Positions 1 to 13,800 of a stretch of 64,000 nucleotides of DNA are shown here, in pieces. The notes below the pieces were generated by a model. The model worked only from the letters and a program-made list of their open reading frames with translations, was not told the DNA's origin and ran no database searches. The translations under genes and the position numbers were made by a program. The stretch's first letter is position 1. Each line of letters begins with the position of its first letter. The stretch comes from Acanthaster planci (Eukaryota), in NCBI RefSeq assembly GCF_001949145.1, contig NW_019091357.1, positions 934,671 to 998,670 on the forward strand, in the 5' to 3' direction.

Positions 1-451
1 CGTTGTTTACTGAAATGTTTTGTCTCTGGCTGCAATGTCCCTTCATTTCCATTAGAACAACACGTGTTGCTGTCTGTGATGCTCCCGGGTCATTTGCAAG
101 TACCATTGAAACATTTTGCTTTTGGGAATATTGTGGTTATGAAGATGCAGTGGCTCCTACGGAGCCAGAGCCGTCGCATTAACTGTACGAGGACTCATTC
201 TAATCGTTTATAGAAGAAATTTATGACAACAAAAATCAATCAAACATTTACTGCTGTCGTGCTTTGTAGGTTAATGTTTTGTAGAATATATTCTATGCAC
301 TCTGCTTTCTGAAAACTCTAACCCTTGTAATGTCCCAAAACTATGTTTTGGTTTTTTTTTTTTTAATTTTTTTCTCTCCTTGGACGTGAAATGTTCTCAT
401 TTTGAGGGTTTAAAGTTTGAATCCAGAGACTTGGTGTCGGGGCTGTGGTTT

Positions 452-457
452 AATAAA
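452..457 (+). terminator. Candidate polyadenylation signal of a gene ending upstream of the window
   Basis: AATAAA at the end of a T-rich, 3'UTR-like stretch (1-450), followed by U/GU-rich sequence (tttgatttgcttttct). Confidence 0.4.
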
Positions 458-1500
458 TGGTTTGATTTGCTTTTCTAAAACTCGACCGTGCACTCCACTA
501 TGTAAATCGTCCAATGTATACATACGTCCATGCTAACCATGGTAAATGGTACTGAAATCTTCAACCATGAGAGGGCGCCGTGTGACATCCTTTGGAAACG
601 CTTCCTTTTCTTAGGCCCCCCCCCCAAATCCCCGGTCTCTTTTCAGCATGTGCGTCACCGTAGACCTGCGCATCAGCAAAATACAAAAAAAAAAATTTAT
701 TTGGAATTAGGCGGTGTCCAAATGCTGCCAAACTTGCTCAATCAACTTGAATCCTGTTACTGCGTAATTTTAACGTGTTCGTGATGGGTACCGTTGAGTA
801 CTATGGACAGTAGTAAAGGAGTCCCTGCAGTTTCTGCACGTTTATTTGGGCACTCTTTTTCAGATGACGTCATCCCTTTATTAAACATTAATTTACATCT
901 GAGAACCAGACAAACGAGGTGGTCCTATGTCCTGTGTACATGTACAAGCTGAAAATGCTTTTAAACAGTAAAAGTGCGGAGGCCAGTCTATTTTAGTGTT
1001 CGTCGCGGCCGGAGTTATGTGCGCATGCAGTCGCGATGGACGTCGCGTGTTATCGTATATCATTTTCCAGAAAAAAAGTGAGGGTTAAAAAAAATGCGTC
1101 GCTTTACCACTTTGAAGCCAGATCGTGATCAGAAACCAGAGACATTTTTGGGCGGGCCGTATGGAGGGAGTGGAGAGAGACGATTCGTGCATGTGTATAG
1201 CGCCCCCATTCTTGGTCACATTGGGGTCGACGTTGGGCTGATGGTAAGTCTTTTATTGAGACCCCATCCGTCCCAAAGTCCTCCAGTGTTTTGTGCGCAT
1301 ACGTGCGCACAAAACAGGTCGGCCTTTTTATCCCCACAAGTGTTGACTTTTTTCTAGTGAACATGAACAAAATAAGACAGATAAGGGACGCAGTTTGCCG
1401 CCCTGTGCACTTGACTAGCTGCTGTCTGAACTGTGGTTTAGATACGCCTCACGTTGGTAACCATAACCAAGTTGGAATGGCATGCGTGCCTTAGGCTGCG

Positions 1501-1691
1501 TGACGTCATTCGACGGAGTACCAGTATGACCTACTTTCCTGAACTCTAGTTCTGAAGCCTTATGTGTAATTGTTTTTGTATTTCGGCTTCGACAATCGAC
1601 TGGAATAGGCTTAACTTCTGTTAAAAGCCTGTACTGAATTCGAAGTCCTCCGTTGTAATTCTCTCCGTAGTACCTCCGTGCTTCAGTAAGT
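1501..1691 (+). promoter_or_regulatory. Candidate promoter and non-coding first exon of LITAF paralogue 1
   Basis: Perfect CRE palindrome TGACGTCA at 1501-1508 (another at 865-872) and a consensus donor gtaagt at 1686-1691. The acceptor ttattttcccaag at 2302 lies 9 nt before the ATG, so an upstream non-coding exon is implied. Confidence 0.4.
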
Positions 1692-1921
1692 AAAATAACC
1701 ACATTATTCTCTATACTGTACTGTACTTCCAATTTCATGTGTACTTGACTCTCGAGCTGCTCAACAAAATTCTCCTTGCTGTTTTTGGTTTTACTTACAG
1801 TTTCAGGACATTTGTGGCTCGTGCGTCTCTAAGATATCAGAGGATTTACAAATAGAATGTTTACTGAAATCTAGCTTCTGCCCAACTGCATCATGTTGAA
1901 ATATCCTTTTGCTCTGAACGG

Positions 1922-2137
1922 TACACTCTAAAATGTGCTTGGAGCTTAACCGTGACATGTTTATTGTTATGTGTTTAGAAATGCATTAAAATGCTAAGCG
2001 GATTTCACAAAGCTACACATGTGGTGTGGAAAAGCGTTTAGCATTCCACAAACGCAATAAATATGTTATGGATTAAGCGTGTGCCAAAAGTGGGTACAAA
2101 AAGAGTGTCCAAACTCTAAATGTTGTTTACCAGTGTA
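1922..2137. mobile_element. Degenerate fold-back / MITE-like element
   Basis: Ends tacact (1922) and agtgta (2137). Nested inverted repeats: gcttaaccgtgacatgtttattg (1944) with caataaatatgttatggattaagc (to 2078), and aatgctaagcg (1990) with cgtttagcatt (2035), around a central cacatgtg. Confidence 0.5.
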
Positions 2138-2311
2138 TAGCTGATTTATCTTCATCGTGGAATGGACGTGTTCCGTAAAGTGCATTTTTACTGTCATTGA
2201 TCAGAGTATGAAGTCAGTGTTGTTGATGACAGGTGTTCCATATTCCACTCGATTGCTCTACCACTTTGCCTGTCGATTCGTTTACTTTGTTATTTTCCCA
2301 AGCTGGACAGA

Positions 2312-3851
2312 ATGGCTACTACCAAGGAGCAAGAAGCCCAGCCACTGCCTTACCCATCCTACCAATCTGGTCCCATGCAGCCTCAGAGCGCCATGCCACC
2401 GGCTTCTGGTCCCATACCCCCAACCATACCTGCTCCAATGTCTACTGCAGCACAATCCACCGTCTGCGTGCAATCAACGGGTAATCATTAGATTTTATTC
2501 AACTGTGACTGAGCTCTACGTTTTGGAATCATGGATTAATTTCGCTGATATAAAAAGCTACAAGAATGAACCGACTGTGATAATCATTGTTAATTCCCTC
2601 CTTCTCCCCTTCTCTCTTCACATTCAGTGATCTTTGGTGAATTTTCCACGGCGATGCAGTGCCCTCATTGTCAGAATACCATCAACACCAGAATCAGCCA
2701 CCAGGTTGGTCTTCTGACGTGGTTAGTGGCAGGTGGGATTTGCCTTTTTGGGTAAGTAGTTGTAGAAAGACGAATAATAGCCATACACCTTGTTGATCGT
2801 AACAGACCTTCACAGGATTGACGATAACATAGCGAGCCACTATGCGCGACCATTAAAGCAAGCAGTGGCGTCAATCTGCGTTGATGAGTGCCGGATGGGG
2901 AATGACCGTTGAGGGTCGGGGGGGGGTGCGGGTTGACACTGTCATTCGTGTCTCTCAGACGATCGCTCCCAACAAAATTGGGTGAAGATCTGTAAATTGT
3001 TTTGCAGATGTTATGAAATTCTTTGGTACTGTGGACATGTAGTATAACAAAGCAGACCGAAAAATGCATGCTAAGGTATTCTTTTCCTTTTTTTTCGCGA
3101 TGAAACGTATAACAATATCTCCTGCAGGAGCTATGAAGGTACAATTAAGTCTTCCAATTGGCAGTAATTGAAACGGCCGAGGGTGAATCAGATTATCGAA
3201 AAGTCATCCGAATTATGTAAAGGATCACCATTATCAGGACAATAAATCCTGAAATCTGTTCGGCTATCTCCTCTGAGACAAATGTTAATCTGAGTAACCT
3301 TTGTACTACTTCTATCTTTTGATTTATTGCATGGGGTAATGAAATAAGAAATTTTAATTTTGCAGGGGGGGTTAATCCTGGCCCATCCCTTATCCTAAAT
3401 AACTAGAATATACCCCCCATCTCCCAAGCATTTACGCTCACGGTAGCAGGCTCTAAAGGAATCCCAACTACAGCCACACTTTGATTACAATTAAACAAGC
3501 CGGAATGAGGAGGGCGGCAAATCAACCAAGCCCTTCCTTTGATTCTGCTAAAGCCATAATAACCACAACATCAATATGCAAAATTGAAAATTGCAACAGC
3601 AGTTTCGAGACGAACGCCAAAAGCAAATGCAATTAGTCCCTAAATTGGCTTGGGAAATTCTTCCCTGCCTTTATCACTGATAAATTTCATTTGAAACAGC
3701 GAGTCATCTGTGACGGTGTCTTCTTTCATTTTCCTGCAGAGGATTTCTCGGCTGCTGTCTGATTCCTTTCTGCTTGGATTTCTGCCTGGATGTTGTGCAC
3801 AGCTGTCCTACTTGCAACCACCAGCTTGGAGTATACCAGCGTCTGCATTAA
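2312..3851 (+). CDS. LITAF: LITAF-domain protein (LITAF/SIMPLE-like), paralogue 1, 134 aa, 3 coding exons
   Basis: Exons 2312-2480, 2628-2751 and 3740-3851 join in frame across GT-AG introns (phases 1 and 2). Product: [134 protein letters not shown]. It has a Pro-rich N-terminus, a CPxC knuckle, a hydrophobic segment with GCCLIPFC and an HxCPxC knuckle, which define the LITAF domain. The symbol denotes the family, not proven orthology. Confidence 0.93.
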
Positions 3852-4298
3852 ACCATGCGTCCACGTGCATCCCTAACCCAACCACGATCACGAACGACCT
3901 GCACGTCTCTCGTATCACAGCGGACCAGGCTTTTTGAATACAACCAAATGACTCATGCAACCTAATCTCCATATCAAGAAGAAATTCATCATGGATAGAA
4001 GCATCTTTAAAGAAATCTTTTATGATATCAGTCATTTGAAAATGCCAGTTAGTTTATCGTTTTGAAACATAATTCTAAATCACCCCAAATAGGACTTGAA
4101 TTCTGAAAATACAAAATTTCACCACCGTATCTACCGCGTTATTTTAGTGCTTTCACATTGTATGAATGGATTATGATTGCCTGATTTCAACAGTTAAACT
4201 TACTGGAACAACATGACAAAATGTTTCATCTGAAATGAGCCTAGAATATTGATTAAATATGACCTTTTTCGGACTGATTACACAACATATTGAATGTA

Positions 4299-4304
4299 AA
4301 TAAA
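4299..4304 (+). terminator. Candidate polyA signal of LITAF paralogue 1
   Basis: AATAAA about 450 nt after the stop at 3851, in AT-rich sequence. Confidence 0.45.
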
Positions 4305-5270
4305 ACAGAATTGAATCAGGTTCATTCTTGAATTTTCACGAATTTGTGCTTGTAAAAAGCATTACATCTCCTTTGTAACGCTAATTGGGTTAATGCTATT
4401 ATTGAATTGACGAGTGTTGTACTTCGGCTTCATGTGTACAGTAATTTCTACTTTTTTAGCAAAGCTGTTTGCAACTTTGATGTTGAAAGTGTGCCTGTGT
4501 AGGCAATGAAAATATCAGGAGAATGAAATTATTGCGCAGTGGTGGGTTGGTTGTAGATTTTGTTCCGATGTTTGTTTAATGTGGACCTTGTGCTCTCTTT
4601 CGCCCTAACCTGAGCACTTCGGCTGAAGTATTTGGTTATAATATCAACGACTTTTCATCGGCTGGTTATTTTGTGCACGTATTTGTTACTTTCGGTTTGA
4701 ATAACTACAGTCCTTGACCTATGAAACTTCATAGTGCCGATCACATGACTGTTGATGCGCATGGTGCTAAATTTGGGCCATTTCTCGGTAAACATGTACT
4801 TTGACAAATGTATTTTATGTCCCAGGTAATACTGAAAAGAAAGGTTTATTTTGTCACCGATTTCCTTTGCTTGCGAGAAAGACCTGTTCTCTATCGTCTA
4901 TCACAAATTCTGGTAAGTTGATATGTCTTTTATTCATTAAAGCTAAACCAGTCCACACCTTGTATACCTCTTCATTTAAAAAAATGAGTTGGACCAATCA
5001 TAAAATCTCTCACAGTCACAACCGAGGAACAATTGGCAAGTGTTACCCCCACGTTTCAGTTAATACATAATACAATCTTATCTGTTATGCCCTAAATTCA
5101 TACTTTATTAGAGGCGACAGGAACCATTGTATAGAAACCTTAGAAACGTATCTCTATGTGCTTCCCCTATGTAGACTTGCAGATAGCAGGAAATCAGTAA
5201 CTCGGGTCGCGAAACGCCCTGAACGTTTCAGCAATTGAGGCCACCCTATCAGAAAGGGCAATAAAAAGAA

Positions 5271-6101
<831 letters not shown>

Positions 6102-6245
6102 TAGGTTGGGCTGACCGCTGTATCCCACTGCTGCCGCCCAAGACGCCCAGGGCGCCACACACATCACCAACTTTTCCTAGATCAGACAAAATCTTTAACT
6201 GCGTTCCTATATTTACCACTAGTGCTGATTCTTGCAAATGTAAGA

Positions 6246-6251
6246 AATAAA
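6246..6251 (+). terminator. Candidate polyA signal of LITAF paralogue 2
   Basis: AATAAA about 145 nt after the stop at 6101; further AATAAA hexamers occur near 6635 and 6823. Confidence 0.35.
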
Positions 6252-7864
6252 TCCAAATGAAAAATATAATGAAATCAAAATAACATTCATCTCTCGAGTA
6301 AATTTAATTAAAATCAGTCATAGAAAACACTGAATGACTAAAAAAGCACCCAATATACGACTCATCAGTCGGTTGAGTCATATTACCTGCTTAAAATGAC
6401 AGTCGACATCTAAAAGTCAATATGAAAAGAAAACGTGGAAATGGTTTACAACAGGAAACAGTAAGCCACAAGTGAAGCGGCACGTGCAGCTGTTGGTGTG
6501 GGGGGGGGGCAAACGAATGTGGTTTCAACATGATGCTGGGGAGAAAAAAAAATCCAAAGCCTTACTCACGGTCCCCGAATCCATGCTTTCAGTTTCTGGT
6601 TTGTTTTCTCAGTGTGCTGATGCTAATATTTGAGAAATAAATATACCGATTATTTTCTTCCCTACTCAACTGTGAAGTATTCTTTATAAAAAAAATCCGT
6701 GGGGGCAATTTCCTCTTCCCCTGCCCCCACGTTGGATAAGGTACTGCACCAGTGTAAGTGGTATTTAAAATTTGTAAAAAGTAATCTCATGGGACGTGAA
6801 TGACACCGTTATAGCAACCCTACAATAAATAGTCCTTCCAACTGCCTGTGGTCGTGTATCGTGAATAACTGATAAATCATGAAAAAGTAAAAAGAAGGAA
6901 AGCAGAGAAACTGTGAAAGCCTTCATCGCTTGTTTACATCATTCACCTCACAAAATAATCACAGGAAGTTCCACAAACATAACGGACGCTTGAGCATCAT
7001 TAAAATCCAAAGCATGTACAAACAAATCCTTAATACTAAACATGGAACTTTTTTGTGTACTTAGCAGTGGTAAATGTTTGATCTCACAAAACAAGTGGCT
7101 AAATTAATTTGTATGCAAATTGCACTGTTAAGCATAATTTGATTCATAATTGAATTAACAAAGGAACCTCTTAATTTTTTTCTGCATTGTCAATTTATTA
7201 TTTAAATGAGTACAGATTATTTTACATATGATATAGTTTCATATATTACATGGTGAAGTACATCTGGCTTTAAGCCACCAATGCATAAAACCATAAAAAG
7301 CTTTTAACTGAAATGGAATGTACCAAAACCTGATTATGTACACTAATCGTTTACAATTAACTAAACGTATTTCAAAGAAAATGTACCTCTTCGAAAGAAT
7401 ACTGCATGTGTTATGAATATCACCTTTAGACGCTTTATTTTTACGTTAACACTTTTCAGTACTGTAGCCGACTTAAGTTCCTTTTATTTCAAACATGTCA
7501 TTGTTCTTTTTAAAGGAACAACAACAAAATGTACACTTGCTACACTTTTCTTCTGTACGTTCCATTAGCCTATCTGCTGTGAGCTCCTTACGAAGTAAAC
7601 ACTGAATGTGAATTTCAATACATACAAACAGCAATACTTTTTAATCGTTTAAAGTTGAATAAAAATAACCAACGTTTAAGTTCGCCTTTTCCTGTGTTTT
7701 GTTTTATTGCCCGTTTGGCATTTTCCATTGACAAATTGCTCTTGCAGCTTTTACTCCAAAATTTAATATATATGACTTTCTTAGCCGAAGAGGGCTCTGG
7801 GAGAAAAACGCTACAGAACTTCGAAGTACAAACGTCTACTGTTCGTCTGATTTTTTTTCTCCAA

Positions 7865-10800
7865 TTAACTGAAACTCATTGTTGGTGTTCTTATTGACCT
7901 TGATCGGAATCTCTGCGCCGATGAATGTTTCATAGTCTGGCGTCTCTTGTCGTCGCCAGCGTCCCTGCAATGCCAAGCAGATTTTGAAGTTTGTGTGAAA
8001 TATTCAACATCTTATCTATATTAGAGCAGCATGTGGTGTGGGAATTTCAAGCAGTATTTTTCGAAATCACAGAGTTCACAGCTCACTCTCAAAGTGAAAA
8101 ATTTTGAATGAAAGGAAAATTACCAATAAGAAAAATAAACTAGGTGGAAAAGTTTAATTCTCAAATGAAGTCCGATTGACAAGTAAACTGACCTCCAAAT
8201 CTCCAGAATGGTTTGGTTCTGTTTGCGTATCTCCTCCGTGATTGGATAAAGGTATAGGAAGAGCAGACCAATCAGGATGCAGCCACCAGGTATGCATGTG
8301 ATCATCAGCCGTAAGGCGAATCTGACCTCATCCGTGACCTCACACACCCCGGGCTTGAACTCGACGACTCTATGTAAGAAAATACCGACTGCGACTTTTA
8401 TTGTTAAAGAAAACAGTAACAGTAGAATATTGATCTTGCATAATGAAAAAGAAAAGATGCTTATAAATACGAAGACCAAATGCTCAAGCTTCATGCAATC
8501 AGGTCTTTTACCCAGGATCATATTGTGCGTCAGAGTTTCGGGAAACTGGCAATTACTAATCTCTTTAAGCCCCTTTCGACTTCAAACCAAATTCCCTCGC
8601 TGTCAAACTGTCCTTTTTGTACACCTACTATGCTTCACAAAAACCCGTAGTTGTTTTCTTTTCTACTTGTTATGCTCATTTTTATTCTTGCCTCTTCAAA
8701 CTCCAGAGTACCGAATCATATTGAGTCATGGAGGAAGAAAGATCATGCAGAAAGCTTTGAGATGGGGCATCGTCACTCCGTCCAATTAGCACAGAGGGTC
8801 AGTGCTTACAGATCTATCAGTAGGCTGACAACAGTTTTGGAACATGAAGAAAAATACACAGCATGGGCCACTGCGCAAAATTTGAAAACTAACCCGAGCA
8901 CTATGGTGGTGACTCCGATGCATATTCCTGATCCAAGTTTCACAATCATGATGTAGAATGTGTAGAAGATGGTCTCGTACCCTCTCTTCTTCTTCAGTAA
9001 GAAGTCGTCGATAACGTCAGGAACCATACTCCTAGGAAAGGAAGACATAAAAATGAATTTCTTTCCCTTGGCCCGCCTTTTCTGAAAAAAAAAAGCCAAC
9101 TATCACTCTCTCTCTTTAAGAAGCCTCAAATCATTGAACAGGAAAGCCACATAACCTGCAGCTTACCATGGTATCAGCTGGACGACAGCAACGACATTTC
9201 CCATCAATATTGCCATAATGTACTGAACCCACGTGACGCCGTACGGGACGATACCCCAGCTTACAAGCAGCGGAACAGACGGCTAAAATCAATAAAATCA
9301 AATAAAAAAACAAAGAATGTATCAGCCCAACGACTTGCCTTAAGCAAAAATACTACTCTCTCCTTGAGTGACTTTTGGCAGTTGGAAAGAACCTTTGTAT
9401 TCAGTTCAGGTATTCCGCTTCCTCTTTAAACCATGCAAACATTAAAAATTGTATTTCGAACAGTGATGTAAATGAAAAAATCCTGGCACCACAGAACTGG
9501 ATATTTAGCCGAGGGCTTGAGGGAGTTAGCGCCGATCTGGACTTATTCTGTGCAGAAAAAAATGCTGGGTAATTGTTTAAGGAAACCGTTGGGAATAAAA
9601 AGTTAAACCCTTTGAAAAACCAACTTACCAGCAAGCCAATGAACAACGTCAGTTTCTTGCCCAATCTCTTCACACACCTGCGCCATAGCGGCATCAATAA
9701 AAATGCTGAGATCTGTAGAGTTAGATTGAATAAATGCCCGCCAGAAAGTAATAAATGGAGGCAAACATTTTGCTATCTGCTGGTAATGAGCAATTCTTGG
9801 TTTTTCTCAAAGGGAGGGCACCGTATAGGAAATTATGACTGCAGAGGGAGTGTTTGTCTCACACGGGTCTGGATCTCGATCAGTGATCCCCAGCAACAAT
9901 GGTTCCCTGCACCCATTAGGCGGGTTCTGGTGCCAGTGAACCTACAAGGGATAACTGAGATTCGATTACAGAGATTTGACTCGAGATTCTTATCCTAATG
10001 AAATAAAGTCCAGAGGCATATATGTACTGGGGCAAAGTCATCTGCCCATGCGTGTTGGGTTCAGAGTGTAGATTTCATCATGGCACGCAGTTCCGTGCCA
10101 TCGTGGGTTTGTAGTACCCTATTGAATAGATGGTCTAGATTAAATACAAATCCATGCTCACCAAAATTATAATGATCGTTGACTGGTAGTTTGTCATTCC
10201 AAGGGTGTGAAGAGAGTACAAGACGAAATTCCCCTGCATTGCCTGTTCAATGCCAAACAGAACAGGTACATGTAATAAAGGGATACGGCACTCGGACCTG
10301 ACAAAGCACATCTGAAGACATCACACTTTCCACTGTAGATTTCGCTGACGCAAGAAATTCATTATCACTTTTTGTATCTCTCGGTGAACTTGTCTATTTT
10401 ACATGCACGTTTCATTTTTTGAGCTCTATACCGATTTCTAGTGCTTTACATGTGAAACAACGTGTTGTGGCAGTGAAAAAAAATGAGGGCGCTATTCACG
10501 TACGTTGACTGCCAAGACGAACGGAATCAGGAAAGCGATGTGTTTGACCCAGGGGCCAAAGGTCAGGACACTCTTCACAGCTTGCCCAAATGACTCCTCG
10601 TACTTGGTCTTCCTCTTTGGAGCTGAAAAATTAATAATATACGCGTACACTTTGTCACATGTTTATGAAAAGTAAGTGATGCATGTGGAAATTTGAACCC
10701 CTCTGTGAATTAAGCCGCACTTTGGTGGTGCTATACCGCAAAACTTACGGCATACAGTGTCTCTCTTGTATATTTGAAAATGTAGCTCTTGAACTAGATA

Positions 10801-13800
10801 AACAGTGGGTTAAACTTACATAGAACCTCTTTTGTTCCAAAAATGGCGCACATGGAGCAGATGAAAAAGAGGCTACAGAGGACAGCGGCACCAACTAGAT
10901 ACCCTTGATCCTAAGGATAAAACAAAGCCATGGTTAAGGAAGTAAACAGTTCTGAAAAGGTCATTTACGCAAAACAGTATAAAGGGAGAAGGTCCGAATC
11001 AGTTGCTAAAATTTAAGTGTATGCGTGCTGATACAAGGAAACCGCCAAACTTTGGTACGAAACTTTCCATTTTAGATTTGGAAGGTGATTTCGTGGGAGC
11101 CTTCTCACTCTCGTCAGAAGCAAGGTTGCCGCGGGTAACGGTTGTGAAGGAAAACACAGAAGACTGTTTTCATAAGTCAGTTCGGGATTTCAGAGAAATT
11201 TTGAGAACAAAGCATAAGAGTGGTCAACCTCGACTGCATGGACTACGCACGCGTTCGTTAACGTAAGGATCGCGCAAGGCATAGTGGGACTCAACATATG
11301 GCGCGGCTAGATCGTACCGATGGGAACGACCTCACCTTAACTTCCACTTCCTCGGGTGGTATGGTGGCCGTGTCGTTCAAGGAGCGGCACTGGGGAACCT
11401 TTTTATTTAGACGTAGCTGGTACAGTGACAAGGACAGACCCATGACGAATTGTCCAAGAAGATTTCCCAACACTTCCGACCCCATTCCTGGAGGGGAAAA
11501 GTGTAACGTAGGATATCTTTTTCGATGAGGACAACGAAATCTTAATATTTCGTATCGCGCAATTCACGATACACAGCGCAGGCACTAGCACAGCTAAATT
11601 AGACACCTGCATTATGTAAGTAGTTTTCAGTTGTACAAAGACATTTTACCAAAGAGTCTGGAAGACTGACTGAAAAAGCACTGAATGCTGAATCGGTCCA
11701 ACTCTGTAAGCCAGGTATTGTCAAAATCTCCTAATACAATGTGAAGAAACTATTACAAATGGATCTCCGAATGTCTGTGAAAGTTGTGAGAGGGAAAATA
11801 AAGCATGCATTTTGTACAGCTTTCTAAAAAAGGAGACGAGAATTTAAAAAAATCTCTAAACATGGCATACGCCGCCAAAAAACAAAAGACAACTTCACTG
11901 CAGGTGAGGAAGGCAGTGCTTTTTTTGCTTAGTGCGTCTTGAGAACGCCAAGACTTAGTTTCTGGACCCGCGCCAAACCTTTTGTTCACCGCATTCTTGT
12001 GGGTTTCACAGCTGCGCGTGCTTGCAGGAAGAAGACGAGTAGTAGACTGTACGACTTAACGAAGTACTTCGCCATTGCACGCCATAACTCACTGTGCGTG
12101 TGGTTGTACATGACTGGCCGCTATATCACGCATCCTCAAAGTTTTCCACATGAACGGCATCTTGGGAACTCCTGCCTCTAAAGGGCACCAAGTTAAACCG
12201 ATGCAGAGTTGTTGCTGGCACTTTTTGTGAAAAGATGTGAAACCTGTGGTGTGTTTTATTTCGACTAGAATGAGAGAAGTGAGCTCTCTGGATGTGTCAC
12301 TGGAGACTGCAAACAATTGCCATAACAAAATTGACGACGAAAAGCCATACGCTGTCTGCCATCACACAACAGGCAAAAGTGATTTACCAATTGGATATGT
12401 CGTCGATAATCAGTACTTACGGAATGCTGTCGCCTTGTCTCGCTCTGCTTGGTTATCGGTTAGGCAAAGTGTGAGTGTGGCAAAAGGCATCTGATAAAAC
12501 TAAATGAGAAGAAAATGATGTTTTGACCATGAGATTCTGGTAAGTAATTTAGTTTATAATTATCCGGTGTGAACAACGCGATTATTCCATTTTGGCATGA
12601 TTGAGGGGGAAATATTTTGGACAAAGTTTTGGGAACTTTAGCCAGCCTCCTCATTCTTGTCTATTTGCAAACTGATTTGTGTTACTATGGCCTTTTTTTA
12701 ATCAGGGATAATGGATACCCTACTCAATATACCAAGCCGGCAGATCAATTATTGCCCATAGGCCATACCGTGAGGAATGTTTGGAAGAAGCAGTAGAAGA
12801 CAAGGTACCAGGCAAGTTTCAGGTAAGGTTTGGTAGTCTCAGGAGTAATAAAGAAACACATGAAGCAGGCGATGGCAGGGAAAGTTGCCACGAGCATCCT
12901 GTGGATTAGTTAAAAAAACAAACCGGTTTTATTACAGCAAAGGCAAGGAGCAGCCTTTGTCGCCCAAGCTTCAGTTAAGGGCTACTTTTACTCAAGTATG
13001 TATCTTAAAAGTGTTAATGCAGGAATGAAGTATAAATTAAAATGACACTTTGATAAATTTGAGACATTGTCGGTAGTTGGCCTACTCCCGTTTAGCCGCT
13101 TTGAACCGTTGTGTTATACCCTATACCGCCGCAAGGTACAAGACAAAGATTAGCTCAACAAGGCCAACCATGACTGTATGCGGATGTAGATGCTGACTTA
13201 GTCTTGATGTTCTTGATTGAAAACCTTCGGATTATTCCTTTGATATTTACCAAGGCTTCGTCTGTAATCTCTAATGTCTGATACTGGTGACAGACGTACG
13301 TCACCTACCATGGTTTGTGCTTGCCAAATCGTCTGGTTTTGGTTCGGAAGACGAGAAAGCCAATTATAGGATCAGTCATAGCGTCCCAAATGCGGCCAAT
13401 CAGAACGATTGCACTTGTGTAGAATGGTGGAACCTAGAGGGTTGATATTGAGCAAATTTTGCACATAGTTCAATTAATATGGTTTGGTACGATGGTGCCT
13501 TTTTCAGGTTATTTCGAGAGTTTGTTTCGTTTTGTCCTCGGAGACAAGCTCTCCAGTTGTGTGGCTTAAACCGGCATTATTAAATAGCACCCTCAGCTGC
13601 TACCATATATGGCCCAGAAAACTTAGAAAAGGATGGCCTAGCTTGAACTTTGCGAAGAAAAGTTTGTTTAAATAAGAAGGATGGAGTTTTAAAGTCCAAC
13701 TTTTTTGGTTTCCAATAAAAATGCCTCAAACACCACTGAGGTACTTGATTAGTGGTTAGTTTTTCCTGTGTTTCAGTATTACTTTTGACCCTTCCTGGAA

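Noticed and set aside
1415..1738. 107-aa minus-strand ORF (MKLEVQYSIENN...)
   Set aside because: No recognisable domain; it overlaps the probable promoter and first non-coding exon of LITAF paralogue 1 on the opposite strand.
8277..8789. 170-aa plus-strand ORF (also 9573-9998)
   Set aside because: Antisense to MFSD2-like exons and introns; no protein-like features.
12500..12768. Microexon needed to supply three missing residues in the MFSD2-like protein
   Set aside because: An acceptor 9 nt further upstream (exon start 12499) supplies FYQ, so no microexon is required.
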